Part shown: positions 17,741 through 28,600 of the stretch, piece after piece
How the letters are laid out: the number at the start of each line of letters is the position of its first letter
How positions within the stretch are numbered: position 1 is the first letter of the stretch
Assembly (NCBI GenBank): GCA_050176815.1
Contig: JBFXHR010000011.1
Location: 1,055-65,054 of the forward strand
Source of the DNA: Kiritimatiellia bacterium
Lineage (GTDB): Bacteria > Verrucomicrobiota > Kiritimatiellia > CAIQIC01 > Lenti-01
Length of the DNA stretch: 64,000 nucleotides
Reading direction: 5' to 3'
Notes under the pieces: generated by a model
The model's input: the letters and a program-made list of their open reading frames with translations, nothing else
The model's database searches: none
Told to the model about the DNA's origin: nothing
Made by a program: the position numbers and the translations under genes

Positions 17741-18895
17741 ATGCGGTCCCGCAAGCGCAAGTCTCCGTTGCGCCATCTGGTTTGGATCGTTCCCCTGCTG
17801 GCGCTCGATTTTCTCCTTTTCCGCTGGTTAGCCCTGCGGCAAGGCGGCTGCCATTTGCCTTTGCCGGCTCCGGTCGCGCAGGAGGCGCCCCAGCCCCCTC
17901 CGCCCCCGCCCCCGGTCTGGCAAGGGATGAAGCCGCCGACTCCGCAGCAGAATCTCCTGGCCCCCGACATGCCCGGCGTCCTGCAACCCACGGGTTCGGG
18001 GCGTCCCGAATCCGCCAAGTTCGGATCTACGCGCACGGGAGCAAACGGTCGGCCCACTTTCCACGAAGGCGTGGACATCGCCGCCACGGCGCGCGATCGC
18101 AAGGGCAATCCAACGGATCCGGTCTATGCCGTCGCGGAAGGCCGCGTGGCCTTCGTCAATTCCGTGGGGGGCAAATCCTCCTATGGGAAATACGTCGTCA
18201 TCGAACACCCCGATCCCTCGCTGGGCGAGATTCAACGTCGCGACGGCACGTCCGAACCCGCCACGGTCTATACCCTCTACGCCCATCTGGCCGACGTCCG
18301 CTTTGGCATCCGCCCCGGCCATCTCGTGCGGCCCGGCGATGAAATCGGCACCCTCGGCCGCACCAGCAACACCGTCCCGCCCATTCCCGCGGCCCGCAGC
18401 CATCTCCATTGGGAAGTCGGGATTTTGCTGAACGCCCGCTACGAGCGCAAACACCGCGAAGAAAAGCGGACGCCCGATTTCGGGAACTACCACGGCAGCA
18501 ACCTGTACGCCATCGACCCCCTCGGATTCTATGCCGCCCACGCCCGGGATCCCGGACTGACCATGGCCGTCCATTTCGCCGCCACCCCCCCCGCCTGCGA
18601 GGTCGTCCTGCGCGGCCGATATCCCGATTATTTCCGCCGGTTTCCCGCGCTGTGGAAAGGCGAGCCCCACGACGGCGGCCCCCTGCGCCTGGCCCTCTCC
18701 GAATCCGGCGTCCCCCTTTCCGGACGCAACGCCAACGCCGCCGAAATCGCCCTGCTGGGAAACCAGCGCCATGCGGTCGTCCACGTCGACCCCGACGTGC
18801 TGGGACGCAACGGCCGCGGCTATATCGCCCCCGCCGGAACCACGTGGCGATTCACCGACAAGGGCAAGCAATGGGCCGAAATCCTTTTCTACTGA
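17741..18895 (+). CDS. M23 family metallopeptidase
   Basis: N-terminal TM segment. FHEGVDIAA ... YAHL ... HLHWEV are M23 zinc-ligand motifs. First ATG at 17741 (the ORF track uses TTG at 17735). Confidence 0.8.
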   Translation: MRSRKRKSPLRHLVWIVPLLALDFLLFRWLALRQGGCHLPLPAPVAQEAPQPPPPPPPVWQGMKPPTPQQNLLAPDMPGVLQPTGSGRPESAKFGSTRTGANGRPTFHEGVDIAATARDRKGNPTDPVYAVAEGRVAFVNSVGGKSSYGKYVVIEHPDPSLGEIQRRDGTSEPATVYTLYAHLADVRFGIRPGHLVRPGDEIGTLGRTSNTVPPIPAARSHLHWEVGILLNARYERKHREEKRTPDFGNYHGSNLYAIDPLGFYAAHARDPGLTMAVHFAATPPACEVVLRGRYPDYFRRFPALWKGEPHDGGPLRLALSESGVPLSGRNANAAEIALLGNQRHAVVHVDPDVLGRNGRGYIAPAGTTWRFTDKGKQWAEILFY

Positions 18896-18991
18896 TTTCC
18901 TCCGCGCGGGGTTTTCGCAACTCCCTTTTGGGGTTTGACATCCCTCGCCGTTTTCCGCAGTATGCCCGCACAAACGTTTTTGGAGGATGCC

Positions 18992-19870
18992 ATGGCTAAA
19001 TTGTTGAAGCCGCTAATCGTAATCGTGCTGCTGGTCAGCCTTGTCGCCGTCGTCATTCAGGCGGCCTTTCTGTTCCCCAAGCGCACGCTGATCAAGGAGC
19101 GCACCCAGAAGCTCGAAACCGGCGTCGACCAAGTGGTTCGCACCCTCAAGGGGCCCGAATCCCTCCTGTCCGACGAAGCCAAGGCCTCGGCGCAATTCAA
19201 CGTCGCCAACCTCAAGATCGGCGACAAAATGAATCTGCCCATGCTGGATTCGGAACTGAATCGCGCCAATGCCGTCGCCAAGGCCGTCCTCCAAGGCTGG
19301 AACGACACCAAGGTCGATCTGGAAAACACCCGCCAGGACCTTGAAAACACCCGGGCCGAGCTGGAGAGCACGAAAGCCCAGCTCGAAGACGCCCGGACCC
19401 AGATCGTCCAGCTCAACGAAACCATCCGCACCAAGGACCAGGAACTGGAAGAGAAGACCAACGTGATCGCCGGCCTCGAGGATGAAAAGAGCACGCTGAC
19501 GGCCCAGGTCGCCGACTTGAACGCCCAGCTCGCCACCCTGCAGGACCAGGTCGCCCAGCTCGAGGAAGACAAGCACATGCTGGAATCCCAGCTCGCCAAG
19601 TGCGAGGGCGCGCTGAATCCGGGCAACATCACGATGAAACAGGGCACGTCCGGCAAGATCGTCTATGCGAACGCCGAATGGAATTTCGTCGTCATCGACA
19701 TCGGTTCCGTGGACGGCGCCCAGCCCACCGCCGAAATGATCGTCCACCGCGGCGATTCGATGGTCGGCAAAATCCGCATCAGCACGGTGCGCGACAACGT
19801 GTCCATTGCCGAAGTCGTCAGCGATTTCCAGAAAGACGTGGTCAAGGAGGGCGACGATGTTCTCTTCTAA
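18992..19870 (+). CDS. membrane-anchored coiled-coil protein, unknown function
   Basis: Starts MAKLLKPLIVIVLLVSLVAVVIQ. Long heptad-like region (LENTRQDLENTRAELESTKAQLEDARTQI) and a beta-rich C-terminal domain. Confidence 0.6.
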   Translation: MAKLLKPLIVIVLLVSLVAVVIQAAFLFPKRTLIKERTQKLETGVDQVVRTLKGPESLLSDEAKASAQFNVANLKIGDKMNLPMLDSELNRANAVAKAVLQGWNDTKVDLENTRQDLENTRAELESTKAQLEDARTQIVQLNETIRTKDQELEEKTNVIAGLEDEKSTLTAQVADLNAQLATLQDQVAQLEEDKHMLESQLAKCEGALNPGNITMKQGTSGKIVYANAEWNFVVIDIGSVDGAQPTAEMIVHRGDSMVGKIRISTVRDNVSIAEVVSDFQKDVVKEGDDVLF

Positions 19871-19979
19871 CGGACTTTCCGCCATGGCGCTGGTCGCCTT
19901 GCTGTTTCTGGCCGGAGTCGTCGCGCTCCAGGCGTTCGAACTCACCTACTACTCCGCCCTTCCGTCCATTTGGCCGTGA
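19857..19979 (+). CDS. possible 40-aa membrane peptide
   Basis: Own translation: MFSSNGLSAMALVALLFLAGVVALQAFELTYYSALPSIWP. Overlaps the upstream stop. Not in the ORF track. Confidence 0.3.
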   Translation: MFSSNGLSAMALVALLFLAGVVALQAFELTYYSALPSIWP

Positions 19980-20140
19980 TTCTTCCCCGCTGGCTTTCCG
20001 CGCTGCTGTTCGCCGCCGGAATCGCGCTGGCAGGCGCCGGATGCGCCTCCCCCGACGCCGAATCCGACCTGCCGTGGAACATGTCCCAGCCGTGGGAAAG
20101 CGCCCCGACCCTGCCCTTCGGCGGCGGCGGCAGCTATTAA
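19976..20140 (+). CDS. possible 54-aa lipoprotein
   Basis: GTG start overlapping the previous stop. Own translation: VILPRWLSALLFAAGIALAGAGCASPDAESDLPWNMSQPWESAPTLPFGGGGSY, with lipobox LAGAGC. Confidence 0.3.
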   Translation: MILPRWLSALLFAAGIALAGAGCASPDAESDLPWNMSQPWESAPTLPFGGGGSY

Positions 20141-20820
20141 GGCGACAAATCCGGCCGCCGGGCTTTTGTGCGCGCCACGGATTGCTCCATGCGCCATTTG
20201 GCGATTTCGGCGTGGTTGCCGCTCGCCAGGATTTCCGGGATGGCCATTCCGCGGAAAACGGGAGGCCGCGTATACTGCGGATATTCCAGCCGGCCCGTGG
20301 TGAAGGATTCGTCGTCGGCCGCCCCCTCCCCGCCCAGCGCGCCCGGCAGCAATCGCACGACGGCATCCGCGACGACGGCGGCGGCGATGACGCCGTTGGT
20401 CAGAATATAGTCTCCGATGGAGATTTCCATGTCGACCAGCGCTTCGCGGATGCGTTCGTCCACGCCTTCGTAGTGGCCGCAGATGATCAGCAGGTGCGAT
20501 TCTTTCGAAAGCGCCAGCGCCGTCTCCTGCCTGAAGGGAACGCCCTGCGGAGTCATCAGAACCACCTTGGTCTCCGGCCGGCGGAGGTCGTCCACCGCCC
20601 GGAAGACGGGTTCGGGTTTCATCACCATGCCGGGACCCCCGCCGTAGGGACGGTCGTCGGTAGTGAGATGGGCGCCGGCGGCGTAATCGCGCAAATTGAC
20701 GCAGCGGATCCGCACCAGGCCGGCTTCTTGCGCGCGCTTGAGCATGCTTTCCCCCAGGACGCCGTCGAGCATCCGGGGGAAAATCGTGAGGACGTCGATC
20801 TGCAACGGCACGGAGGCCAT
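20137..20820 (-). CDS. trmD: tRNA (guanine37-N1)-methyltransferase
   Basis: 227 aa, canonical TrmD sequence (IDVLTIFP, DDRPYGGGPGMVM). Confidence 0.95.
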   Translation of the reverse strand: MASVPLQIDVLTIFPRMLDGVLGESMLKRAQEAGLVRIRCVNLRDYAAGAHLTTDDRPYGGGPGMVMKPEPVFRAVDDLRRPETKVVLMTPQGVPFRQETALALSKESHLLIICGHYEGVDERIREALVDMEISIGDYILTNGVIAAAVVADAVVRLLPGALGGEGAADDESFTTGRLEYPQYTRPPVFRGMAIPEILASGNHAEIAKWRMEQSVARTKARRPDLSP

Positions 20821-20833
20821 CGGAGACGAGGGC

Positions 20834-21064
20834 CTATTCGACCACTTCGAGCATCGCGCGGCGGTTCTGGCGGGCCGCGACGGTGCTGAGCAGCGTGCGG
20901 ATGGCGCCGACGGTCTTGCCGCTCTTGCCGATCACTTTGCCCACGTCGTCGGGGTGGCAGCGCAGTTCGAACACGATGGTGCGCTCGCCCTCGATTTCCG
21001 TGATGCGGAGATCGTCGGGATGGTCGACCAGCGTTTTGACGACGTATTCAATGAGTTCTTTCAT
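20834..21064 (-). CDS. KH domain RNA-binding protein (UPF0109 / YlqC-like)
   Basis: 76 aa. MKELIEYVVKTLVDHPDDL ... GKVIGKSGKTVGAIRTLL (GxxG KH motif). Sits between rpsP and trmD. Confidence 0.85.
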   Translation of the reverse strand: MKELIEYVVKTLVDHPDDLRITEIEGERTIVFELRCHPDDVGKVIGKSGKTVGAIRTLLSTVAARQNRRAMLEVVE

Positions 21065-21116
21065 GGGAATCCTTGAAGGGGAGATGGAGGGGGGGGCGAA
21101 GCCGACTGGACGCGCC

Positions 21117-21362
21117 CTACTTGGCGGCGGCGCGGCTCTTCTTGAGCAGGATGGCGACGGTTTCGCTGGGCTGCGCGCCCTTGGCGATCCACGCCTCGGC
21201 CTTGGCCAGGTCGAGCTTGTAGTTGTCGGTCTTCTTGCCGGGCTCGTACCAGCCCAGCTCTTCGATGAAGTTGCCGGCGTTGGCGCTGCGGATGTCCGTG
21301 GCGACGATGCGGAAGAAGGGTTTCTTGTTGGCGCCCATTCTGCGGAGACGAATCTTGACCAT
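21117..21362 (-). CDS. rpsP: 30S ribosomal protein S16
   Basis: 81 aa starting MVKIRLRRMGANKKPFFRIV. Confidence 0.95.
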   Translation of the reverse strand: MVKIRLRRMGANKKPFFRIVATDIRSANAGNFIEELGWYEPGKKTDNYKLDLAKAEAWIAKGAQPSETVAILLKKSRAAAK

Positions 21363-21449
21363 TGTCTTTTCCTTGTTGTTCCTAGTAGTGCCGCCCCGGG
21401 CGCGGCCAAACCGTGTTGAAGCCCGGGTATTGACAAGTCGGCGTGCGTT

Positions 21450-22787
21450 TTATCCGAAAAGGCCCCCGCGAGGCAATCTTTTTTGCAATTGCTTCATCTT
21501 CTTGGCCATTTGCCGGGCCTGCTGAAAGCTGCGCAGGAGCTCGTTCACCTCGCTGACCTGCCTTCCGCTGCCGCGCGCAATGCGCTTGCGGCGGCTGGCG
21601 TCGATCAACTCCGGGTGGCGCCGCTCGCGCGGCGTCATGCTCAGGATGAGGGCTTCCGTCTTCTTCATTTGTCCGCCGGAATCGTTCTCGATGCGGCTGC
21701 GCACGTCGCCGGCGATCGCGCCGGCCCCGGGAATCATCTCCAGCAGCTTGCCCATCGAGCCCATTTTCCGGAGCTGGCGCATCTGGGCCAGAAAATCGTT
21801 CAGGTCGAGCCCCTGCTTGCTTTTGAGTTTCTCCTGCATCCGCTCGGCTTCGCCGACGTCCAGGGTTTCCTGCACTTTCTCGACCAAGCTGACCATGTCG
21901 CCCATTCCGAGGATGCGCGAGGCCATCCGGTCGGGATGGAAGGGCTCGAGGTCTTCCGCGCGCTCGCCCGTGCCGATGCGGAGAATGGGGCAGCCCGTGA
22001 CGGACACCACCGAAAGCGCGGCGCCGCCGCGGGCATCGCCGTCGAGCTTGGTCAGGATCAGGCCCGTCAGCCCGACCGCCTCGTGGAAGGTCTTGGCCAC
22101 GTGGACGGATTCCTGCCCGATGGCGGCGTCCAGAACCAGCACCACGTTTTGCGGTTCCGTGGCCTCCCGCAACGCCTTCAGCTCGCCGACGAGCTCCGCG
22201 TCGATCTGGAAGCGTCCGCCGGTGTCGTAGAGAACGACGTCGTAGTAGTTTTCGCGGGCCTGCTTGAACGCGCGGCGGCCCAGGTCGGGAACGCTCTCCC
22301 CCGGCTCCGGCTTCACGATCCCCGCCCCCGTTTGCTTCGCGAGCACTTCCAGCTGCTCCACGGCGGCGGGACGGCGGATGTCGCAGGCGACCAGGAGCGT
22401 CTTCTTGCCTTTTTGCTTCCACTGGCGCGCCAGCTTTCCGCAGGTCGTCGTCTTGCCGGAGCCGTGCAACCCCAGCAGCATGACTTCCGCGGGAATCGCC
22501 GCGAGCTGGAAATCCTTCTGAATCCCGCCCAGAAGGGCGACGAGTTCGTCGTGGACGGCCTTGACCATTTGCTGTCCGGGGGTGACGCCGGAGGCCACGG
22601 CCGCGCCGAGGCTCTTGGCCTTCACGCGTTCGATGAAGTCCTTGGCCGTGCCATAATGGACGTCGGCCTCGAGAAGCGCCATGCGCACTTCGCGCAGGGC
22701 GTCCTGGACGTTCTTTTCGGAAAGAGTCCCCACCCCGCGCAAATCGCGGAAAACCTTTTGGAGGCGGCTCGACAGGCGATCGAACAT
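21450..22787 (-). CDS. ffh: signal recognition particle protein
   Basis: 445 aa. N and G domains (GLHGSGKTTT) and a Met-rich M domain. Confidence 0.95.
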   Translation of the reverse strand: MFDRLSSRLQKVFRDLRGVGTLSEKNVQDALREVRMALLEADVHYGTAKDFIERVKAKSLGAAVASGVTPGQQMVKAVHDELVALLGGIQKDFQLAAIPAEVMLLGLHGSGKTTTCGKLARQWKQKGKKTLLVACDIRRPAAVEQLEVLAKQTGAGIVKPEPGESVPDLGRRAFKQARENYYDVVLYDTGGRFQIDAELVGELKALREATEPQNVVLVLDAAIGQESVHVAKTFHEAVGLTGLILTKLDGDARGGAALSVVSVTGCPILRIGTGERAEDLEPFHPDRMASRILGMGDMVSLVEKVQETLDVGEAERMQEKLKSKQGLDLNDFLAQMRQLRKMGSMGKLLEMIPGAGAIAGDVRSRIENDSGGQMKKTEALILSMTPRERRHPELIDASRRKRIARGSGRQVSEVNELLRSFQQARQMAKKMKQLQKRLPRGGLFG

Positions 22788-22790
22788 GGA

Positions 22791-23288
22791 TTATTCCCCG
22801 GCGGCCGGGGCGTTCGTTTCGGCGGGACTGCGGATCAATCCGCGACCGCCGCAGCGGGGACACGTGCCGACGACGTGGGTTTCGGAATCTTCGGCGCGGC
22901 CCATTCCCACGCAATGGGGACAGATGTAGTCGGACGAATCGAGATAGCGGACCAGCCGGGATCCCACGCCTTGGCAAATCGGGCAGATTGCCCGGCTGCC
23001 ATCTTCGGAAAGGATGCCGCCCGTGCCTTGGCAATTCTCGCATTCGATGGTCTCGACGCCCGGAGCGCGAAGAGACGCATCGGATTCCACGCCCTTTTGC
23101 CGCAGCATCCATTGGCCCAGCTTGCTGGCCATCGAGTTGGGCGCCATCTCGGAGAGATCGCGTTCGCGCATGCGCTGCATCCAATTCAGCTGCAGGAAGA
23201 ATCCAGCCACCACCACCAGGATCATCAGCCCGATGTATACGCCTTTTCCCTTGGGTTGCGGCGGATGGAACGGGTGGTCCGTCAGCAT
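22791..23288 (-). CDS. membrane-anchored DnaJ-type zinc-finger (4x CxxCxGxG) protein
   Basis: 165 aa with one TM (VYIGLMILVVVAGFFL). Four knuckles follow: CENCQGTG, CPICQGVG, CPHCVGMG, CPRCGGRG. Start ATG at 23288. Confidence 0.7.
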   Translation of the reverse strand: MLTDHPFHPPQPKGKGVYIGLMILVVVAGFFLQLNWMQRMRERDLSEMAPNSMASKLGQWMLRQKGVESDASLRAPGVETIECENCQGTGGILSEDGSRAICPICQGVGSRLVRYLDSSDYICPHCVGMGRAEDSETHVVGTCPRCGGRGLIRSPAETNAPAAGE

Positions 23289-24145
23289 TGGACTCGGACG
23301 GCTATGGCGACTCGTGCCCGTCCGGAGCAATCGGATTCCAGGCCCAGGTTTTGGATGAGGGGATGTTTGCACAGAATTTCCGCAACGGCATCGGCCTGGT
23401 CGTCGCCGATTTCCATCATCAGCCGTCCTCCCGATGTAAGCACGTGGGCGGCCTCGGAGACAAGCCGCGAAATCGTCCGCAGCCCATCGATTCCCCCGTC
23501 CAAGGCCAGACGGGGTTCGTAGTCCCGCACGGTGCGGTCCAGCCGTTCGCATTCGGCCGTCGCCACGTAGGGCGGATTGGAGACCACCAGATCCACCGAA
23601 GCATCGGCCACGCCCGCCAGCAGATCGCTTTGCAGGAACTCGATCTCCACGCCCAGCGCGCGGGCGTTCTCGCGCGCCAAGTCCAGCGCATCGGCGCTGA
23701 TGTCCGTGGCCCGGATGCGCGCGCGCGGCACGCGCTTCGCCAGAGCGCAGGCGATGCATCCGCTGCCGGTGCAGACGTCCACGACAACCGGCTTCCGCCG
23801 GCCGCGCAGGAATTCCTCGGCGCATCCGACGAGCGCCTCGGTCTCGGGGCGCGGAACCAGCGCGCGCGCGTCGCAGCGGATTTTCAGCCCCATGAAATCC
23901 GTCTCGCCAATCACGTATTGGACCGGTTCGTCCGTCGCCAGCCGCGCCACGGCGGCATCGAAAGCCTGCGCGAGGTCCGGAGAAGGCGTTTCATCGAGAT
24001 GGCGCAGCGTATCGAGCAGGCCGCACCCCAGCAAATGCGCGGCCACCCACCGGAGCTTGTTTTCGGCTTCGGCGATCCCCTCCCGTTCGAGGCGCTTCTG
24101 CCCAGCCGCCAGCCGCGCCTTCCATTGGAGGGCGCGGGCGGTCAT
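23282..24145 (-). CDS. prmC: peptide chain release factor N5-glutamine methyltransferase
   Basis: 287 aa. SAM motif [12 protein letters not shown] and the NPPY motif (VSNPPYV). ATGA overlap with the prfA stop. Confidence 0.9.
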   Translation of the reverse strand: MTARALQWKARLAAGQKRLEREGIAEAENKLRWVAAHLLGCGLLDTLRHLDETPSPDLAQAFDAAVARLATDEPVQYVIGETDFMGLKIRCDARALVPRPETEALVGCAEEFLRGRRKPVVVDVCTGSGCIACALAKRVPRARIRATDISADALDLARENARALGVEIEFLQSDLLAGVADASVDLVVSNPPYVATAECERLDRTVRDYEPRLALDGGIDGLRTISRLVSEAAHVLTSGGRLMMEIGDDQADAVAEILCKHPLIQNLGLESDCSGRARVAIAVRVQC

Positions 24146-25239
24146 CCTTTCGCGGCGTTCATTTGCGCGGCCAGCCGCAGCTCGATGTCCCGCGCCTGCA
24201 AAGCGCCGATGACGTCGTCCAGCCGTCCTTCCATGATCTGGTCGAGGGAGTAGAGCGTGAGGTTGATGCGGTGGTCGGTCAGGCGGTTCTGCGGAAAATT
24301 GTAGGTGCGGATGCGTTCGCTGCGGTCGCCGGACCCGATCTGCGTCTTGCGTTCGTTGGCCATCTTGTCGTGGTCTTCCTGCCGCCGGAGATCCAGCAGC
24401 TTCGAGGCCAGCACTTTCATGGCCTTGTCGCGGTTCCGGTTCTGGCTGCGCTCGTCCTGGCAGGCCACCACGATCCCCGTCGGCAAATGCGTGAGGCGGA
24501 TGGCCGATTCGGTCTTGTTGACTTTCTGCCCGCCCGGCCCGGACGCGCAGAACAAGTCGACGCGCAGATCCTCGGGTTTGATCTCCACCTCGCTGATTTC
24601 CTCGACCTCGGGCAGCACGGCCACCGTGGCGGCGGACGTGTGGATGCGGCCCTGCGCCTCGGTCTCGGGCACGCGCTGCACGCGATGTCCCCCGCTCTCG
24701 TAGCGAAGCGTCTTGTAGACGTCCGTGCCCTCGACGGAGCAGATGATTTCCTTGAATCCGCCCAGTTCGGACGGCGAGGCGTCGAGGATGCCGATTTTCC
24801 AGCCTTTGGAATCCGCAAAGTGCGAATACATCCGGAACAAATCGCCCGCAAAGAGCGCCGCCTCGTCCCCGCCGGTGCCGGCGCGGATTTCCAGGATCGT
24901 GTTGCGGCTGTCGTCGGGGTCGGGCGGCAACATCAGCGCCATGAGCTTGCGCTCCGCCTTCGGCAGCTCCGCCTCCAGTTCCGCCTTTTCCGTCTGGGCG
25001 ATTTCGGCCATTTCGGGATCGTTGGCGCTGTCGGCCAGCAATTCCGCGTTGTCGGCGAGCATCTGGCGCAGGCGCTGCAGCGCGTCGGCGGCCTTCGACA
25101 GCTCGCTCAAGCGCTGGTGTTCGCGCACCAGCTCCTTGAACGTGCGGGGATTGGACGCCGCGCCGGGCACGGACATGGCCCGCTCGAGCTCCTCGGCGCG
25201 AGCCAGGACTTGCTTGAAATAGGCGGAATCCAGTTCCAT
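24142..25239 (-). CDS. prfA: peptide chain release factor 1
   Basis: Contains GGQ ([10 protein letters not shown]) and the PET-type anticodon-mimic region (RVPETE). Start taken at MELDSAYFK (25239). Confidence 0.95.
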   Translation of the reverse strand: MELDSAYFKQVLARAEELERAMSVPGAASNPRTFKELVREHQRLSELSKAADALQRLRQMLADNAELLADSANDPEMAEIAQTEKAELEAELPKAERKLMALMLPPDPDDSRNTILEIRAGTGGDEAALFAGDLFRMYSHFADSKGWKIGILDASPSELGGFKEIICSVEGTDVYKTLRYESGGHRVQRVPETEAQGRIHTSAATVAVLPEVEEISEVEIKPEDLRVDLFCASGPGGQKVNKTESAIRLTHLPTGIVVACQDERSQNRNRDKAMKVLASKLLDLRRQEDHDKMANERKTQIGSGDRSERIRTYNFPQNRLTDHRINLTLYSLDQIMEGRLDDVIGALQARDIELRLAAQMNAAKG

Positions 25240-25323
25240 GGAAGTCGGTCTTTCGGGCCCGATACGCAAAACGGGCCGGATGCTCCCGCCCAGGGGGAAA
25301 ATCCGGCCCGTCCCGAAGTCCAG

Positions 25324-25539
25324 CTACTTCTTGGCGGTCGCCTTCTTGGCGTAGCGCTTGTTGAAGCGATCCACGCGCCCTTCGGTGTCGATGAACTTCG
25401 CCTGGCCCGTGAAATAGGGATGGCAGGCCGCGCAGGTGTTGACGCTCATGCTTTTGACCGTCGAACGGGTCTTGAGCACGTGGCCGCACGCGCAGGAAAT
25501 CGTCGCTTCGTCGTACTTGGGATGGATGTCTTTTCTCAT
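25324..25539 (-). CDS. rpmE: 50S ribosomal protein L31 (Cys-containing type)
   Basis: 71 aa starting MRKDIHPKYDEATISCACGH, with CAACHPYFTG. Confidence 0.93.
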   Translation of the reverse strand: MRKDIHPKYDEATISCACGHVLKTRSTVKSMSVNTCAACHPYFTGQAKFIDTEGRVDRFNKRYAKKATAKK

Positions 25540-25697
25540 GTCGGTTCTGGGGCTCCAGGTTCGCGCATCCGGAAGTGGCCGGATGCAAAATCGCGCGAAA
25601 CCTACCACCCTCTCCCCGGCTTTGGCAAGAGGCTTTTTGCCGAAAACACGGCGATGGCGTTCGGCCTACGCCTGTGATAGCTTGATCAAAGGCATCG

Positions 25698-28600
25698 ATG
25701 ATGAAAGTCCCATCCATCATTCGCTGGGCGTGGATTCCCGGAATCCTCTTGCTGGGTCTTGCGTTCTGGCTTTGGCGCGGGCCCCGGCCGGCCCTGCCGG
25801 CGCCGGAATGGACCTGCGACGAAGCCAATCGCTTGGCGGCTCCGGCCCTGCGGGACATCCGCCGGAACCTGCCCCCCCCCCTCCCCCCTCCCGACGATAG
25901 CGGGCCGGCCATTCGCCTGCGCACCGCGACCCTGCGGCCCGGCATGGATTTCGGCGCGCCCGTCCATGCCCGCCCTTCGGCGCGCGGCTACCCGTGGATG
26001 GTGCTGTTCGACGGCCCTCTTCAGCCGGACTGGCGGGCCCATCTGGAATCCGCCGGCGCCACCGTCCGCGCGTACCTTCCCGATCACGCGTGGCTGGTCG
26101 AGGCGCCGGCGGCGATCCGGGACAAGCTTCGCGGCTTTCCCCACGTCGCGTGGTCCGGCGAATACCGCCCCGCCCACAAGATCCAGCCCCTGCTCGCCGG
26201 GTTGGCGCGGCAAAATCCGGACTTGCCCGTTCCCGTGACGATCCAGACCTTTGCCCCCGAAGACGCCGACGGATTGGCCACGCAACTCCGCGCGGCGGGC
26301 GCTACCGATCTCCGCGCGACGGCGGCCAAACGCTGGGGCCTCGTGCGCGCCGTTCTGCCGGCGCAAGCCGCGACCGAACTGGCGTCCCTCCCCGAAGTCC
26401 AGTGGATCGAGCACCGCGAAACCCCGCGAGTTCTCAACGATCTCGCGCGCGGCGTCGAACACCTCAACCTCGATGCCGCGCGCGACGGACGCGGCCTCGA
26501 CGGCTCGGGCCAGATCGTCGCGGTCGCCGACACGGGCCTCGATACCGGCAACGTCGATACCCTGCATCCCGATTTTGCGGGACGCCTGATCGAAGTGCTG
26601 GACATCGGACGGCTGACGAACTGGAGCGACACCTACTACCACGGCACGCACGTCGTGGGCTCCCTGCTGGGCACCGGCGCGGCGTCGGGCGGACAGTATC
26701 GCGGCGCGGCGCCCGCCGCGCAACTGGTGTTCCAATCGATCATGACGGCCTACTCGACCCTCAATCTGCCCAACGATCTCAACGAACTCTACCAGCCGCC
26801 CTACGACCTGGGCGCCCGCGTCCATTCGGACAGCTGGGGCAGCGCCGCCGCGGGCCAATACACCAGCGATTCGATGACGTCCGACGAATTCATCTGGGAC
26901 CATCCCGGATGGGTCGTGGCCTTTGCCGCCGGCAACGATGGAATCGATTCCGACCGAAACGGCGTCGTGGACGCGTTGTCCCTCGACGCGCCGGCCTCGG
27001 CCAAGAACGTGCTGTCCGTCGGTGCCAGCGAAAGCGAACGCCCGGCCGGCGGCGGTGGCCTGACCGCCCGCGCCTACGCCAGCGCATGGCCGGCCGATTA
27101 CGGCGCGATGCCGATCGCCGGGGACTTGATCTCGTCCAGCCCCGCCGGAAACCCGCAAGGCATGGCGGCCTTTTCCTCCCGGGGCCCGGCGGCGGACGGC
27201 CGCGCCAAACCGGATTTCGTGGCTCCCGGAACCGACGTCGTTTCCGCGCGCTCGCGGGCCTCGGACGACGACGGATGGGGCGTGCTGGCCGAAAATACGA
27301 ACTACTGCTTCATGGGGGGAACCAGCATGGCCACCCCCCTTGCCGCCGGCTGCGCCACGCTGGTCCGCCAGTATTGCGTCGACGTTCTCGGCATGGCGGA
27401 GCCCTCCGCCGCGCTGGTCAAGGCCGCACTCGCGGGAGGCGCCCGGTCGCTTCATCCCGGGCAGTACGGCACGAACGAATTTCTCGAAATTCCTTCCGCG
27501 CCGCGACCCAACTCCGTCGAAGGTTGGGGACAGATCGACGTGGCGGGCACGCTGTTCCCGCCCGAAGGCGTCCAGGCCGTGCTGACGGAGGGTCCCTCCG
27601 CCTTGGACACGGGCGGCAGCAACGTCGTGTCGTTCCTGGTCCGCAGCAACGCACCGCTGGCCGTCTCTTTGGCCTACAGCGACTATCCGTCCGCCTTGGC
27701 CGCGGCCGTGAATCTGGTGAACGACCTCGACCTCCTGCTGATCGATCCCAACGGCGTGCCGCATTATCCCAATGGACGGACCGACCCGGACGCCCTCAAC
27801 AACCTCGAAGGCATCGACGTCGCCGCCGCCGCAACCGGCCGCTGGACGCTCGTCGTCTCGGCCCCCAACGTGCCGCAAGGACCGCAGCCCTACGCGCTTT
27901 ATCTGCGCGGCGCGGTCGACATGCCCGCCTTCATCGAACACGAGCCCTTGGAAACCACGTGGATCACCGACGCCGATTATCTCGTCTCCGCCGCAGTGAC
28001 ATCCCCCGGCGTACTGGATCCCGCCTCCGTTCGGCTACATTGGAACACGACGGGCACCGGCTCTTTTGCCGCGGTCGGCATGGTTTCCGCAAGCGGCCAC
28101 ATTTTCGAAGCGTCCATCCCCGCCCAATCCGTCGGCACGCACGTCTTCTACTACCTGTCCGCCGGTCCGGACGGCCTGACGACCTTCCATCCCGCCGGCG
28201 CGCCCGCGGAACTCCATTCGTTCGACGTGAATCCGCCGCTGGCCCTCGCCGTCAGCGGCCTGCCCTCGAACCTGTTCACCGCCGATCCCGCCTACGGGTT
28301 GCATACGCTGGCATCCAACGCCGTCGTCCATGCCGTGGCGTCCTATCCGCCCGCCGGCACCAACGGCTGGCGCACCGCCTGCGTCGGCTGGCAGGGCGCG
28401 GGATCCGTCCCCCCGGCGGGCCAAACGAACGTCTGCGATTTCACGATGATCGGTCCCTCCATCATCACCTGGCTGTGGCAGGAGCAGGTCGCGCTCATGC
28501 ACATGTCTGCGCCGTCCGGCGCGATGGCTGAATCCACTTGGCACGCCCGCAACGCCGTCGTTTCCAGCCTCTCCGCCCCCGAAAGCCACCTCTCCAACGG

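Noticed and set aside
20137-21362. Atypical rpsP cluster: rpsP, KH protein, trmD, without rimM in between or rplS downstream.
   Set aside because: The observation is real (a 13-nt gap between the KH gene and trmD). However, gene-order variation in this cluster is common, and rimM/rplS are presumably elsewhere. It is not evidence of anything unusual.
25686-27941. 751-aa minus-strand ORF and several 300-850-aa alternative-frame ORFs overlapping the S8 protease gene.
   Set aside because: These are shadow ORFs. Only the plus-strand frame starting at 25698 carries the complete subtilase catalytic motifs.
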